Shown one piece after another: positions 8,881-16,465 of a stretch of DNA of 54,757 bases. A program made the position numbers and the translations under genes. Below the pieces are notes generated by a model. The model did not search any database and had not been told where the DNA came from. It worked only from the letters and a program-made list of their open reading frames with translations. This DNA is from an uncultured Candidatus Saccharibacteria bacterium (GTDB taxonomy: Bacteria > Patescibacteriota > Minisyncoccia > Phycocordibacterales > UBA918). Where the stretch lies: the NCBI GenBank assembly GCA_964624165.1, contig CAZUWG010000001.1, forward strand, positions 41,296 to 96,052. The letters run 5' to 3'. Each line of letters begins with the position of its first letter. The first letter of the stretch is position 1.

Positions 8881-10959
8881 ATGCCAGCCAAGAAAAACGA
8901 ACCTAAGAAGGGGAATTACGACGCTTCATCCATCTCAGTCCTTGAAGGTCTCGAGCCAGTTCGTAAGCGCCCGGGGATGTATATCGGGACGACTGGTCCT
9001 GACGGACTTCATCACCTTATTTGGGAAGTCTTTGATAACTCACGCGACGAAGCTATGGGTGGGTATGCTGATAGGGTAGAAGTCGCACTCTTGCCTGATG
9101 GCTACATTCGTGTGGTTGATAACGGTCGTGGGATTCCTGTTGACAAACATAAGCAAACGGGCGTTTCGGCTCTTGAAACTATTCTTACAGTACTACACGC
9201 CGGAGGTAAGTTTGGTGGGGATGATTCTGGCTATAAAGTCTCTGGTGGTCTTCATGGGGTGGGTGTATCGGTGGTCAATGCACTTTCGGTACACTTGATT
9301 GCAGAAGTGCACACCGGCGGCGGGTACTATATGCAAGAGTATAGTATCGGCAAGCCAAAGTATAAGGTAAAGAAAATCGGCTCGACCAAGCATCAAGGCA
9401 CTATTATTACCTTTAAGGCTGACGACACTATCTTTAAAGGTGGTATTGAGTATGACTACAAGCGCATCGTCAACCACCTTCGACAGCAAGCGTATTTGGT
9501 AAAGGGAATGCATATTACCGTTATTGACGCACGTGAAGTGGGTATGGAAGATGTGGCTAAGCTCGATCTACAAGGTAAACAATACCTGGCGGATGAGCAT
9601 CTAGAAGCGCCTGCCATGACATTTTACTTTGAAGGAGGTCTTCGTTCGTTGGTGGCGTTTAATAACCATTATCAAAAGCCTGTCCACAAAAATATCTTTT
9701 ATGTTGAAAAAGGCAGTGTGGAGGAGGCTTACGATAGTGCAGTGCAAACGGTTGAGATTGCGCTTCAGTATGTGGATGATATCTCGGCGCGTATTTCTGC
9801 ATTTGCGAACAATATCTACAACGCCGAACACGGGACACATATTACGGGTTTCAAGACTGCGTTAACGCGTACTCTCAATAATTACGCAAAGAAAAATAAC
9901 CTTATCAAAGAAAAAGACGGCACCTTCAGCGGTGATGATGTTCTTGAGGGGATTACGGCCGTCGTTTCAGTCAAGATGCCGGAGATTCAGTTTGAAGGAC
10001 AAACCAAAGGCAAGCTTGGATCAGTCGAAGCGAGAAGCGCAGTAGAGAGTGTATTTGCTGAGGCATTTTCTACCTTCCTCGAAGAAAATCCCGATGATGC
10101 AAAAGCGATTATCAACAAAGTGATTATTGCGGTAAAGGCTCGTAAAGCGGCGAAGGCTGCTAAGGATAGTGTGCTGCGAAAGGGTGCGCTGGAAGGCATG
10201 TCCCTCCCAGGGAAGCTGGCTGATTGTCAGAGTAAGCGGGCAGAAGATAGCGAGCTCTTTATTGTGGAGGGAGACTCGGCCGGCGGTAGCGCCAAGATGG
10301 GGCGTGATCGAAGAACGCAGGCTATTTTGCCATTGCGCGGAAAGATTCTCAATGTAGAAAGAGCCAGGATCGATAAAATGCTCGCGAGTGAACAGATTAA
10401 AAATCTCGTCATTGCACTTGGTACCGCGATCGGAGATGTGTTTGATGTGACAAAATTGCGTTATCATAAGATCATCATTGCTACCGACGCGGACGTAGAT
10501 GGAGCGCATATCCGCACGCTTTTACTGACACTCTTTTTCCGTTATTTCAGGCCACTGATTGATGGAGGATTTATCTATATTGCACAGCCGCCGCTTTACA
10601 AGATTCAGCGCGGTAAGGAGACATGGTATGCATACACGGACGCGGAGAAGGTGGCGATTGTCGGCGAAGACATGGATGATGAGGTGGTGATAGAAGGCGA
10701 GGAAGATGAGGAAGGGGAAGAAGTGAGTAAGAAAGCGGCTGGTAAATTTCGTATCCAACGTTACAAGGGACTTGGTGAAATGAACGCTGAAGAGCTCTCT
10801 GAGACAACAATGAAAAAAGAAAATCGCATTTTAAAGCAGGTGACGATCGATGACGCACAGCTAGCTGATAAAGTGTTTGATATCCTGATGGGAACAGATG
10901 TGGCAGCAAGGAAGAGTTTTATCCAGAGTAATGCACAAAACGCGACTTTGGATATTTAG
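8881..10959 (+). CDS. gyrB: DNA gyrase subunit B
   Basis: GHKL ATPase motifs (GLHHLIWEVFDNSRDEA, GGLHGVG), Toprim (ELFIVEGDSAGGSA, IATDADVDGAHI), C-terminal QRYKGLGEMN. Acidic insert before the tail. Confidence 0.97.
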   Translation: MPAKKNEPKKGNYDASSISVLEGLEPVRKRPGMYIGTTGPDGLHHLIWEVFDNSRDEAMGGYADRVEVALLPDGYIRVVDNGRGIPVDKHKQTGVSALETILTVLHAGGKFGGDDSGYKVSGGLHGVGVSVVNALSVHLIAEVHTGGGYYMQEYSIGKPKYKVKKIGSTKHQGTIITFKADDTIFKGGIEYDYKRIVNHLRQQAYLVKGMHITVIDAREVGMEDVAKLDLQGKQYLADEHLEAPAMTFYFEGGLRSLVAFNNHYQKPVHKNIFYVEKGSVEEAYDSAVQTVEIALQYVDDISARISAFANNIYNAEHGTHITGFKTALTRTLNNYAKKNNLIKEKDGTFSGDDVLEGITAVVSVKMPEIQFEGQTKGKLGSVEARSAVESVFAEAFSTFLEENPDDAKAIINKVIIAVKARKAAKAAKDSVLRKGALEGMSLPGKLADCQSKRAEDSELFIVEGDSAGGSAKMGRDRRTQAILPLRGKILNVERARIDKMLASEQIKNLVIALGTAIGDVFDVTKLRYHKIIIATDADVDGAHIRTLLLTLFFRYFRPLIDGGFIYIAQPPLYKIQRGKETWYAYTDAEKVAIVGEDMDDEVVIEGEEDEEGEEVSKKAAGKFRIQRYKGLGEMNAEELSETTMKKENRILKQVTIDDAQLADKVFDILMGTDVAARKSFIQSNAQNATLDI

Positions 10960-10973
10960 GTAGGTGGGGAGGC

Positions 10974-11008
10974 AAAAAAGCGGCGGGCCTTCGGCCCGCC
11001 GCTTTTTT
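10974..11008. terminator. bidirectional terminator AAAAAAGCGGCGGGCC-ttc-GGCCCGCCGCTTTTTT
   Basis: Perfect stem flanked by A-run and T-run, between convergent gyrB (+) and 11021..12079 (-). Confidence 0.75.
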
Positions 11009-11020
11009 GTAGATACGTTG

Positions 11021-12079
11021 TTAGTCAGTGATCACAACACTGCTTTCAAAGGCGTTGTTGTGTAGATTTGAATCGTTGTCGATCGCCAGTACAACACCAA
11101 ATCGTACGAGACCGGTATCTTCAAAATTCGTGAATCCAAGCGTCAAGAGTGAGTGTTCGTTTGGCTTGAGGCCGTTTTGACGGTTTGAGTTGAAGCGTTG
11201 GCCGTTTGGAAGTGCGGCCGAAAAGGTAAAGTCTTGTGAGGTCTTAGTACCCAAGTTGGTGATTTTAAACTGGATTGCTCCCTTGCTATCGCTATCTATA
11301 GTGCTTCCTTTTACAAACTGATTTTGAGCAGTCATGTATCCGACGCCAATGAGTTCAATCTTTAAGTCGCTAAAACCATCGGGATTTGATTTGGGAATTT
11401 CGTAGATAGGCACTTCTACGTACACAGGTGGTTGTGGTGTAGGGCGAGGGGTGGCGATTGGTGTATCGTCAACTTCCTCCTCTTCCTCAATGACTGGAGT
11501 TTCTTCTTCTGGAGTTGTAGTGTCTTCTCCCGCCACCTCTCCGTCATTATTGAAGTCTTGGCTGGTTGGAATGTCTGGGTTTAGTACGGTAAAGCGAGCG
11601 TCTTTGGTAAACATATCGTCAGCGATATCAATAAAGACAAGGCTATAGTGTACCTCAGTAAAACGCTTTTGTGAGGAAGTAACCAAGATATCGAGCTTTG
11701 TGCTGTTGCCGAGGTCAATCTCTTCGTCACATGCCAGCGTACGGATCGTATCGCTTGGATACTTAATCTGCATAGTGACGCCGTCGGTACATTCGTACGA
11801 GAAATAGTAATTACCAGCGAGACCAAGATCATTCCAAGTCAAAGTATGATCTTGGTTGTGGTCGATGATCGCGTTGTTGTTACTGACAATGATTTCAATA
11901 TCACCTTTATCCTGCTGATAAAGACTATTGGCGAGAGAGGCGAGGGACGTGAACGCGTTTGGTACCAAGCCTACTGCTTGCACAGCGAGCCACACCAAAA
12001 ATACAATCACGACAATAAAGATGCCAATAGTAATGGCACGATGTCCTGCGTTTTCTGGAGTTGTTGTTTCTTTGTTCAT
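11021..12079 (-). CDS. hypothetical membrane-anchored extracellular protein (352 aa)
   Basis: N-terminal TM (ITIGIFIVVIVFLVWLAVQAV). Two beta-rich halves separated by an acidic/Pro-rich linker (TTTPEEETPVIEEEEEVDDTPIATPRPTPQPP). No C-terminal sorting signal. Confidence 0.6.
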   Translation of the reverse strand: MNKETTTPENAGHRAITIGIFIVVIVFLVWLAVQAVGLVPNAFTSLASLANSLYQQDKGDIEIIVSNNNAIIDHNQDHTLTWNDLGLAGNYYFSYECTDGVTMQIKYPSDTIRTLACDEEIDLGNSTKLDILVTSSQKRFTEVHYSLVFIDIADDMFTKDARFTVLNPDIPTSQDFNNDGEVAGEDTTTPEEETPVIEEEEEVDDTPIATPRPTPQPPVYVEVPIYEIPKSNPDGFSDLKIELIGVGYMTAQNQFVKGSTIDSDSKGAIQFKITNLGTKTSQDFTFSAALPNGQRFNSNRQNGLKPNEHSLLTLGFTNFEDTGLVRFGVVLAIDNDSNLHNNAFESSVVITD

Positions 12080-12200
12080 AATAAATATATAACACGCTTA
12101 ATAACACCACTCCCTTGGTACAGTAATTACGCTCGGTATACGAGCGGGAGAACACTGCAGCTAAGAGAACCATCTCGAACACTCGAGTTGCTTAAAGGGT

Positions 12201-12228
12201 ACTTTAGCATATTTTATAGAAAAGTCAA
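12201..12228 (-). promoter_or_regulatory. promoter for 11021..12079 (TTGACT-N16-TAAAGT with TGc extension)
   Basis: Read on the minus strand. Leaves a ~115-nt structured leader (hairpins CTCGA..TCGAG, CGCTCG..CGAGCG). Confidence 0.4.
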
Positions 12229-12271
12229 GGAATTTACATCGATTTTAGACTGAGCCAATTACCACTAAGTA

Positions 12272-12300
12272 TTGACAAATGTCTAAAAACATGTATTATA
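12272..12300 (+). promoter_or_regulatory. promoter for sortase gene (TTGACA-N16/17-TATTAT/ATTATA)
   Basis: Consensus -35 and TG-preceded -10, read directly. Divergent from the 12201..12228 promoter. Confidence 0.5.
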
Positions 12301-12327
12301 GTATTTGTCAAATTATATCTATTCTAT

Positions 12328-13008
12328 ATGCCACAAATTTCAAAAGACATTATTTTCTACATTCGTGAAAACCCCCTTCAATTTTTTGGTGTCTTCTTTG
12401 TGGTAGTCTTTTTCTCATACCTGTTTCTTTATATAGTCGATTTTTATCCAGAACCAAAAGAACAGACCGCTGTAGAAGAAAGCGAACTCGATGAAATCAC
12501 ACCTGACCGAGACATTCTTTCAGGAGTGGAGGTAACCTCGGATACAAGCAAGGAAGTGAATACTCAGTCTGGTGAATTGCCGATCAAGATCACTTTTGAG
12601 AGCCTTTCGCGTACTGTGACAGTACTCAACTCAGCCTCGGCAGATCTGGCAACACTTGAGGCAGACCTTCAAAAAGGTGTGATTCGCCACCCTGACTCAG
12701 TAAAGCTCGGTGAAAAAGGAAATGTGGTGATCTTGGGTCACTCAAGCTACCTACCAAATGTAATGAACAAAAATTACCAGGCATTTAATGGTATTCAAGA
12801 CTTGATGTGGGGAGACACTATCAGGGTCGCTTCTCTTGATAAGGTATATGTTTATCGTGTGGAGCGCGTGTATAAAGCCACTACAGACGAAGTCGTGCCG
12901 GTAGAGGGTAATGAAAAGACATTGACACTTGTCACTTGCAACGTGTTTGGGGCTAAAGAAGACCGATATATCCTTGAAGCGACGCTGCAGGAGGTAAAAG
13001 ACGCCTAA
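12328..13008 (+). CDS. sortase-family transpeptidase (226 aa)
   Basis: N-terminal TM anchor. Conserved His (VVILGHSSY), TLxTC catalytic Cys (TLVTCN, Cys codon 12936-12938), downstream Arg (RYILEATL). Confidence 0.85.
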   Translation: MPQISKDIIFYIRENPLQFFGVFFVVVFFSYLFLYIVDFYPEPKEQTAVEESELDEITPDRDILSGVEVTSDTSKEVNTQSGELPIKITFESLSRTVTVLNSASADLATLEADLQKGVIRHPDSVKLGEKGNVVILGHSSYLPNVMNKNYQAFNGIQDLMWGDTIRVASLDKVYVYRVERVYKATTDEVVPVEGNEKTLTLVTCNVFGAKEDRYILEATLQEVKDA

Positions 13009-13013
13009 ATATA

Positions 13014-13041
13014 TTGACAAAAATATAAATCGTGCTATACT
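13014..13041 (+). promoter_or_regulatory. near-consensus promoter TTGACA-N16-(TGc)TATACT immediately after the sortase stop
   Basis: Read directly. Predicted TSS ~13048. Confidence 0.5.
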
Positions 13042-13135
13042 TTCTTTAATCTTTAAAAGTGGTGTACAGTACACCATAAGGCGCGTTCTCTCAACTACAT
13101 ATCAGTTCCTCTCTGCTTAAGCTTGGTCGCTTGAG

Positions 13136-13179
13136 GCGGGTGGATTTTTTATAACGTGCGTTATAAAAAATCCACCCGC
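13136..13179 (+). repeat. perfect 20-bp inverted repeat (GCGGGTGGATTTTTTATAAC-gtgc-GTTATAAAAAATCCACCCGC)
   Basis: Read directly. The ORF-track GTG start at 13156 lies in its loop. Confidence 0.8.
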
Positions 13180-13196
13180 ATGGTGTGGGTAGCTCG

Positions 13197-13240
13197 CTTG
13201 GGCGTCGAATGTTTTCGCATGAAAACATTCGACGCCCAAG
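13197..13240 (+). repeat. second perfect 20-bp inverted repeat (CTTGGGCGTCGAATGTTTTC-gcat-GAAAACATTCGACGCCCAAG)
   Basis: Read directly. Lies 17 nt after the first hairpin and 41 nt before the SD-preceded ATG at 13282. Confidence 0.8.
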
Positions 13241-13281
13241 AAGGGGCATGTGAAAATCACAATTCAAAGAAGGAGGACATT

Positions 13282-13899
13282 ATGTCCAACAGCTTCATTA
13301 GTTGCGTCATGGCGGTCGCTTTCGCTGGGGTCGGCTTCGTCGCCGACCCAGCCGCGCTCTTCGAGCGTGGCGCGCTGACGGTCTCGACCGCCGTGGCCTG
13401 TGATAGCGCCTGCCAAGTCGCCGCTTGGCAGGCAACGCGTGATCCCTACAAGGATCGGACTGCGCCGAGGCAGGTAGATACCTGTGTGCGCATCTTGGCG
13501 TCCGACAGGTATGCCATGATGTCAGAAGTCGTTCTGGTGGCTGGGGCGGATCCGCAGAATGGCCGAGAAATTACCTCGCTTGGGCGTGGTAATGGGTTCG
13601 CATATCGCGAGCCCAATCAGCCGGCCGGTACGGCGGACGTTTACGTCCGTGAATTCTGCTTCAATGGCCGTTTGATTGACGGTCTCGACACCATCACGTT
13701 CTGCAACGGGATGAACCCTGGTGACGGAAATCACCACACTCTGTCGTTGCATGATGACAGCGGGGCATTGCTCCGCCGTTTGAAAGAGACAGGCCAGGCG
13801 GGTGATTATCTCTCGTTGCTGGGGAGCAAGCGCTCCTACACTGCGCCGGTCGCAACTTTCTTCACAGCGACGAGGTATCAAAGCCGTTTTGGCAGGTAG
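13282..13899 (+). CDS. hypothetical secreted protein, compositionally foreign (205 aa)
   Basis: Strong SD (AAGGAGG, 5 nt before the ATG). Signal-peptide-like N-terminus (SFISCVMAVAFAGVGFVADPAA). GC3-rich codons. Hand count of 326/540 G+C over 13321-13860. No family recognised. Confidence 0.6.
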   Translation: MSNSFISCVMAVAFAGVGFVADPAALFERGALTVSTAVACDSACQVAAWQATRDPYKDRTAPRQVDTCVRILASDRYAMMSEVVLVAGADPQNGREITSLGRGNGFAYREPNQPAGTADVYVREFCFNGRLIDGLDTITFCNGMNPGDGNHHTLSLHDDSGALLRRLKETGQAGDYLSLLGSKRSYTAPVATFFTATRYQSRFGR

Positions 13900-13906
13900 A
13901 GAAATT

Positions 13907-13930
13907 GGGAAATGCGTTCGCGCGTTTCCC
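13907..13930 (+). terminator. hairpin GGGAAATGCG-ttcg-CGCGTTTCCC after the high-GC ORF
   Basis: 10-bp stem with one G-U pair. Downstream is only weakly T-rich. Confidence 0.4.
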
Positions 13931-14093
13931 ACCCTTATTATTCTTGCGTACTAGGTGAAAAAGTCTGAAAGACTTTTGCAAGACTTTGCCAAATAATTCT
14001 TTAGAATTATCGGCAAAGTGTACAGCACCTGTAAGGTGTAGGTAAGAATATCGGGGTTTATTAAAAAATTATCAATTTTTATTCAATATATTT

Positions 14094-16277
14094 ATGATGA
14101 CAACAACATTCAATAAAGTGGCCTTTAGTCTCGTACTCGTCGCATTTGCATTTGGTATTTTTACCTATGTGAGTCAACAAACCAACTTACTTAATGAAGC
14201 ACTTGCTGTTGGTTCGGGAGCAGGTGATGGCGGCTGTTGCGGCGGCGGTTCTGACAATGGCGGCGGTCACGGAAACAACGGTGACCGCGGAGACAACTAT
14301 AATGACTACAACTACCCTAAGGCAGTTTGTGTTATTACCGCGTCTGCGACGTCAGTAGCAGCAGGTGATACCTACACAATCCGATGGAACGGTTCGTATG
14401 GTGCTTTTAAGTACAACGGCGTAAACGTCGGTGATACAGGTTCACGCACTATCACTATGAGGGCAAATGAAACGTCTCGCACTTTTACGTTGACCGGACA
14501 AGGCTTTGACAGCTCGTGTTCAGCAAAAGTAACGGTAAAAAAGAAAGCGGAACCTGCGCCAGTTTGTGAGTCATTTACGATTGCACCAAAGCAGCTTCCA
14601 GCAACTGGAGGCAAGGTAAAGCTTACCTGGGCTACTAAGAACGCGACTAAAGTAACAATCAACAACGGTATCGGCGAAGTAGGTCACGTCACAAATCTTT
14701 CAGGGCGTGGTGAAGATATTGCAGCAAATAATACTACTTCACCAAAAAAGCACACTTACGTACTTACAGCTCACAATGCTGAAGGAAAAAAAGTAAGCTG
14801 TTCTGCTTCTGTAACCGTAAAGGGTAAGGAAGTTGTCGTGCCGAAAGTAATACCAAAGTGTGACTCTTTCTCTATAGATAAAGCGAAAGTATATCCGGGA
14901 GGCAAGGTGACACTGACTTGGAAAACAACAAACGCGACTAAAGTAACGATCAACAACGGTATTGGTCAGGTAGGTCATGAGACAAATCTCTCTGGCCGTC
15001 CACACACCATGCCAAACAGTATCGGCACCTACACCTTTATTCTTACTGCTGAAAGCAAAGATGGCGTCAAGCGATCTTGTCAGGATGTAGTTGAAGTGAT
15101 TAAAAAGCCAGTGACTGAAATCACAGGCTGTACAGATAAAGATGCAACCAACTACAACCCGAAAGCTACTAAGGACGATGGTAGCTGTCACTACGCAAAG
15201 GTCGTACCAAAGTGTGACATGTTTACAGTGAACAAGACACAGGTATACCCTGGTAAAGATGTAGTGTTTACTTGGGAAACAACCAATGCTAGCAAGGTAT
15301 CAATCAATAATGGTATCGGGAACGTAGCTGTCGACAACACTCAAGGACGCACTTACACCATGCCAAACAGCATCGGTACCTACACCTTCGTCTTGACTGC
15401 AGTCAGTAAAGATCAGATTATCCGCACTTGTGAAAAGGTAGTGTATGTCAAAAAGCAGCCAGATCACAAAGTACCCGGCTGTACTGATGTAGATGCAACC
15501 AACTACAACCCGAAAGCTACTGAAGATGATGGAAGTTGTAAGTATAAAGAAGTGGAATACCCAAAGTGTGACTTCCTTCGTGTCAATGATGACGAAGTAC
15601 GCAAGGGAACTGAAGTAACATTGACGTGGGGAACTACGAATGCAGATCGTGTAGAAATCAACAACGGCATTGGTCGTGTTGATGAAGATGGTAACTACGA
15701 TGTAGTAATCAATAATGATACCGATTTCGTTCTGACTGCCTACGGAGATGATGGAAAGAAAGACACGTGTTCAGTTGATGTCAATGTTGAATCAGGCGGC
15801 GGCGGTGGTGGTTCACCACTTCCACGTTGTGAATTGAAGGCCTCTGATCGCAAGATCAAAGCTGGAGAACGAGTCACTCTTGAATGGGAAACTCGATTCG
15901 GACGTGAGCTTACTATCTACGAAGGTGATAAAGATGACGGAGACGACATCTATGACACTGACGATGAAGACGATGTAGAAGAAGGAGAGATTACTGTCCG
16001 TCCCACTCGTGATACAACCTATACATTGGTAGTAGAACGAGGTTCACGAGATCGTGAATGTGATGTTGAGATTGAAGTAGAAGATGATGAGGTGACCGTG
16101 ATCGATGACCGAGACCAAACACCGCGCGTGGCTGGTATCACACTGACACAGGTGCCGTACACTGGCTTTGAAGCTGGTCCAGCACTCACACTCTTGTTTT
16201 ACGCACTCTTGGCACTATGGGGATTGTTTGTGGCATATCACTTTGTCATTCGAAAAAAAGAACAGAAGCTCTACTAG
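14094..16277 (+). CDS. modular cell-surface protein with C-terminal sorting-signal-like tail (727 aa)
   Basis: N-terminal signal/anchor (VAFSLVLVAFAFGIFTYV), Gly/Asn-rich spacer, six Cys-bracketed ~70-80-aa repeats. Tail is an acidic stalk, then QVPYTG + hydrophobic helix + IRKKEQKLY. Confidence 0.85.
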   Translation: MMTTTFNKVAFSLVLVAFAFGIFTYVSQQTNLLNEALAVGSGAGDGGCCGGGSDNGGGHGNNGDRGDNYNDYNYPKAVCVITASATSVAAGDTYTIRWNGSYGAFKYNGVNVGDTGSRTITMRANETSRTFTLTGQGFDSSCSAKVTVKKKAEPAPVCESFTIAPKQLPATGGKVKLTWATKNATKVTINNGIGEVGHVTNLSGRGEDIAANNTTSPKKHTYVLTAHNAEGKKVSCSASVTVKGKEVVVPKVIPKCDSFSIDKAKVYPGGKVTLTWKTTNATKVTINNGIGQVGHETNLSGRPHTMPNSIGTYTFILTAESKDGVKRSCQDVVEVIKKPVTEITGCTDKDATNYNPKATKDDGSCHYAKVVPKCDMFTVNKTQVYPGKDVVFTWETTNASKVSINNGIGNVAVDNTQGRTYTMPNSIGTYTFVLTAVSKDQIIRTCEKVVYVKKQPDHKVPGCTDVDATNYNPKATEDDGSCKYKEVEYPKCDFLRVNDDEVRKGTEVTLTWGTTNADRVEINNGIGRVDEDGNYDVVINNDTDFVLTAYGDDGKKDTCSVDVNVESGGGGGGSPLPRCELKASDRKIKAGERVTLEWETRFGRELTIYEGDKDDGDDIYDTDDEDDVEEGEITVRPTRDTTYTLVVERGSRDRECDVEIEVEDDEVTVIDDRDQTPRVAGITLTQVPYTGFEAGPALTLLFYALLALWGLFVAYHFVIRKKEQKLY
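14328..16061 (+). repeat. in-frame tandem coding repeats (six Ig-like modules plus two CTDxDATNYNPKATxDDGSC mini-modules)
   Basis: Modules bounded by C79/C142, C158/C236, C256/C329, C374/C446, C492/C559, C579/C656. Near-identical DNA blocks, e.g. 15129-15188 vs 15480-15539 and ~14930-14960 vs ~14640-14670. Confidence 0.8.
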
Positions 16278-16283
16278 CTAGCG

Positions 16284-16310
16284 CAAAAGACGCCTCAAAG
16301 GCGTCTTTTG
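16284..16310 (+). terminator. hairpin CAAAAGACGCC-tcaaa-GGCGTCTTTTG 7 nt after the surface-protein stop
   Basis: 11-bp stem read directly. Lies inside the upstream part of ORF 16217..17053. Confidence 0.5.
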
Positions 16311-16465
16311 CAGTAGAGCAGACGGCTCCTGCGTCTCAGGCGACAGCAGTCGAGGCTAGCATCCCCGCACCAACGTACAGTAGTGATATAGCGCCAGTGA
16401 ATCTTCCGATTGAGAAAGAAGAAGCCCCACAGGTGATTGGCTATGCTGCTCGTGAGGTGGATGAA

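Noticed and set aside
13156-13281. GTG 13156 start for the high-GC ORF (247 aa)
   Set aside because: The GTG lies in the loop of a perfect 20-bp hairpin, and the extra codons cross a second hairpin. ATG 13282 has a strong AAGGAGG SD and starts a signal peptide.
14328-16061. Tandem DNA repeats as a CRISPR array or non-coding satellite
   Set aside because: The repeats are in-frame, ~210-350 nt, divergent and part of one long ORF. There is no short invariant repeat/spacer periodicity.
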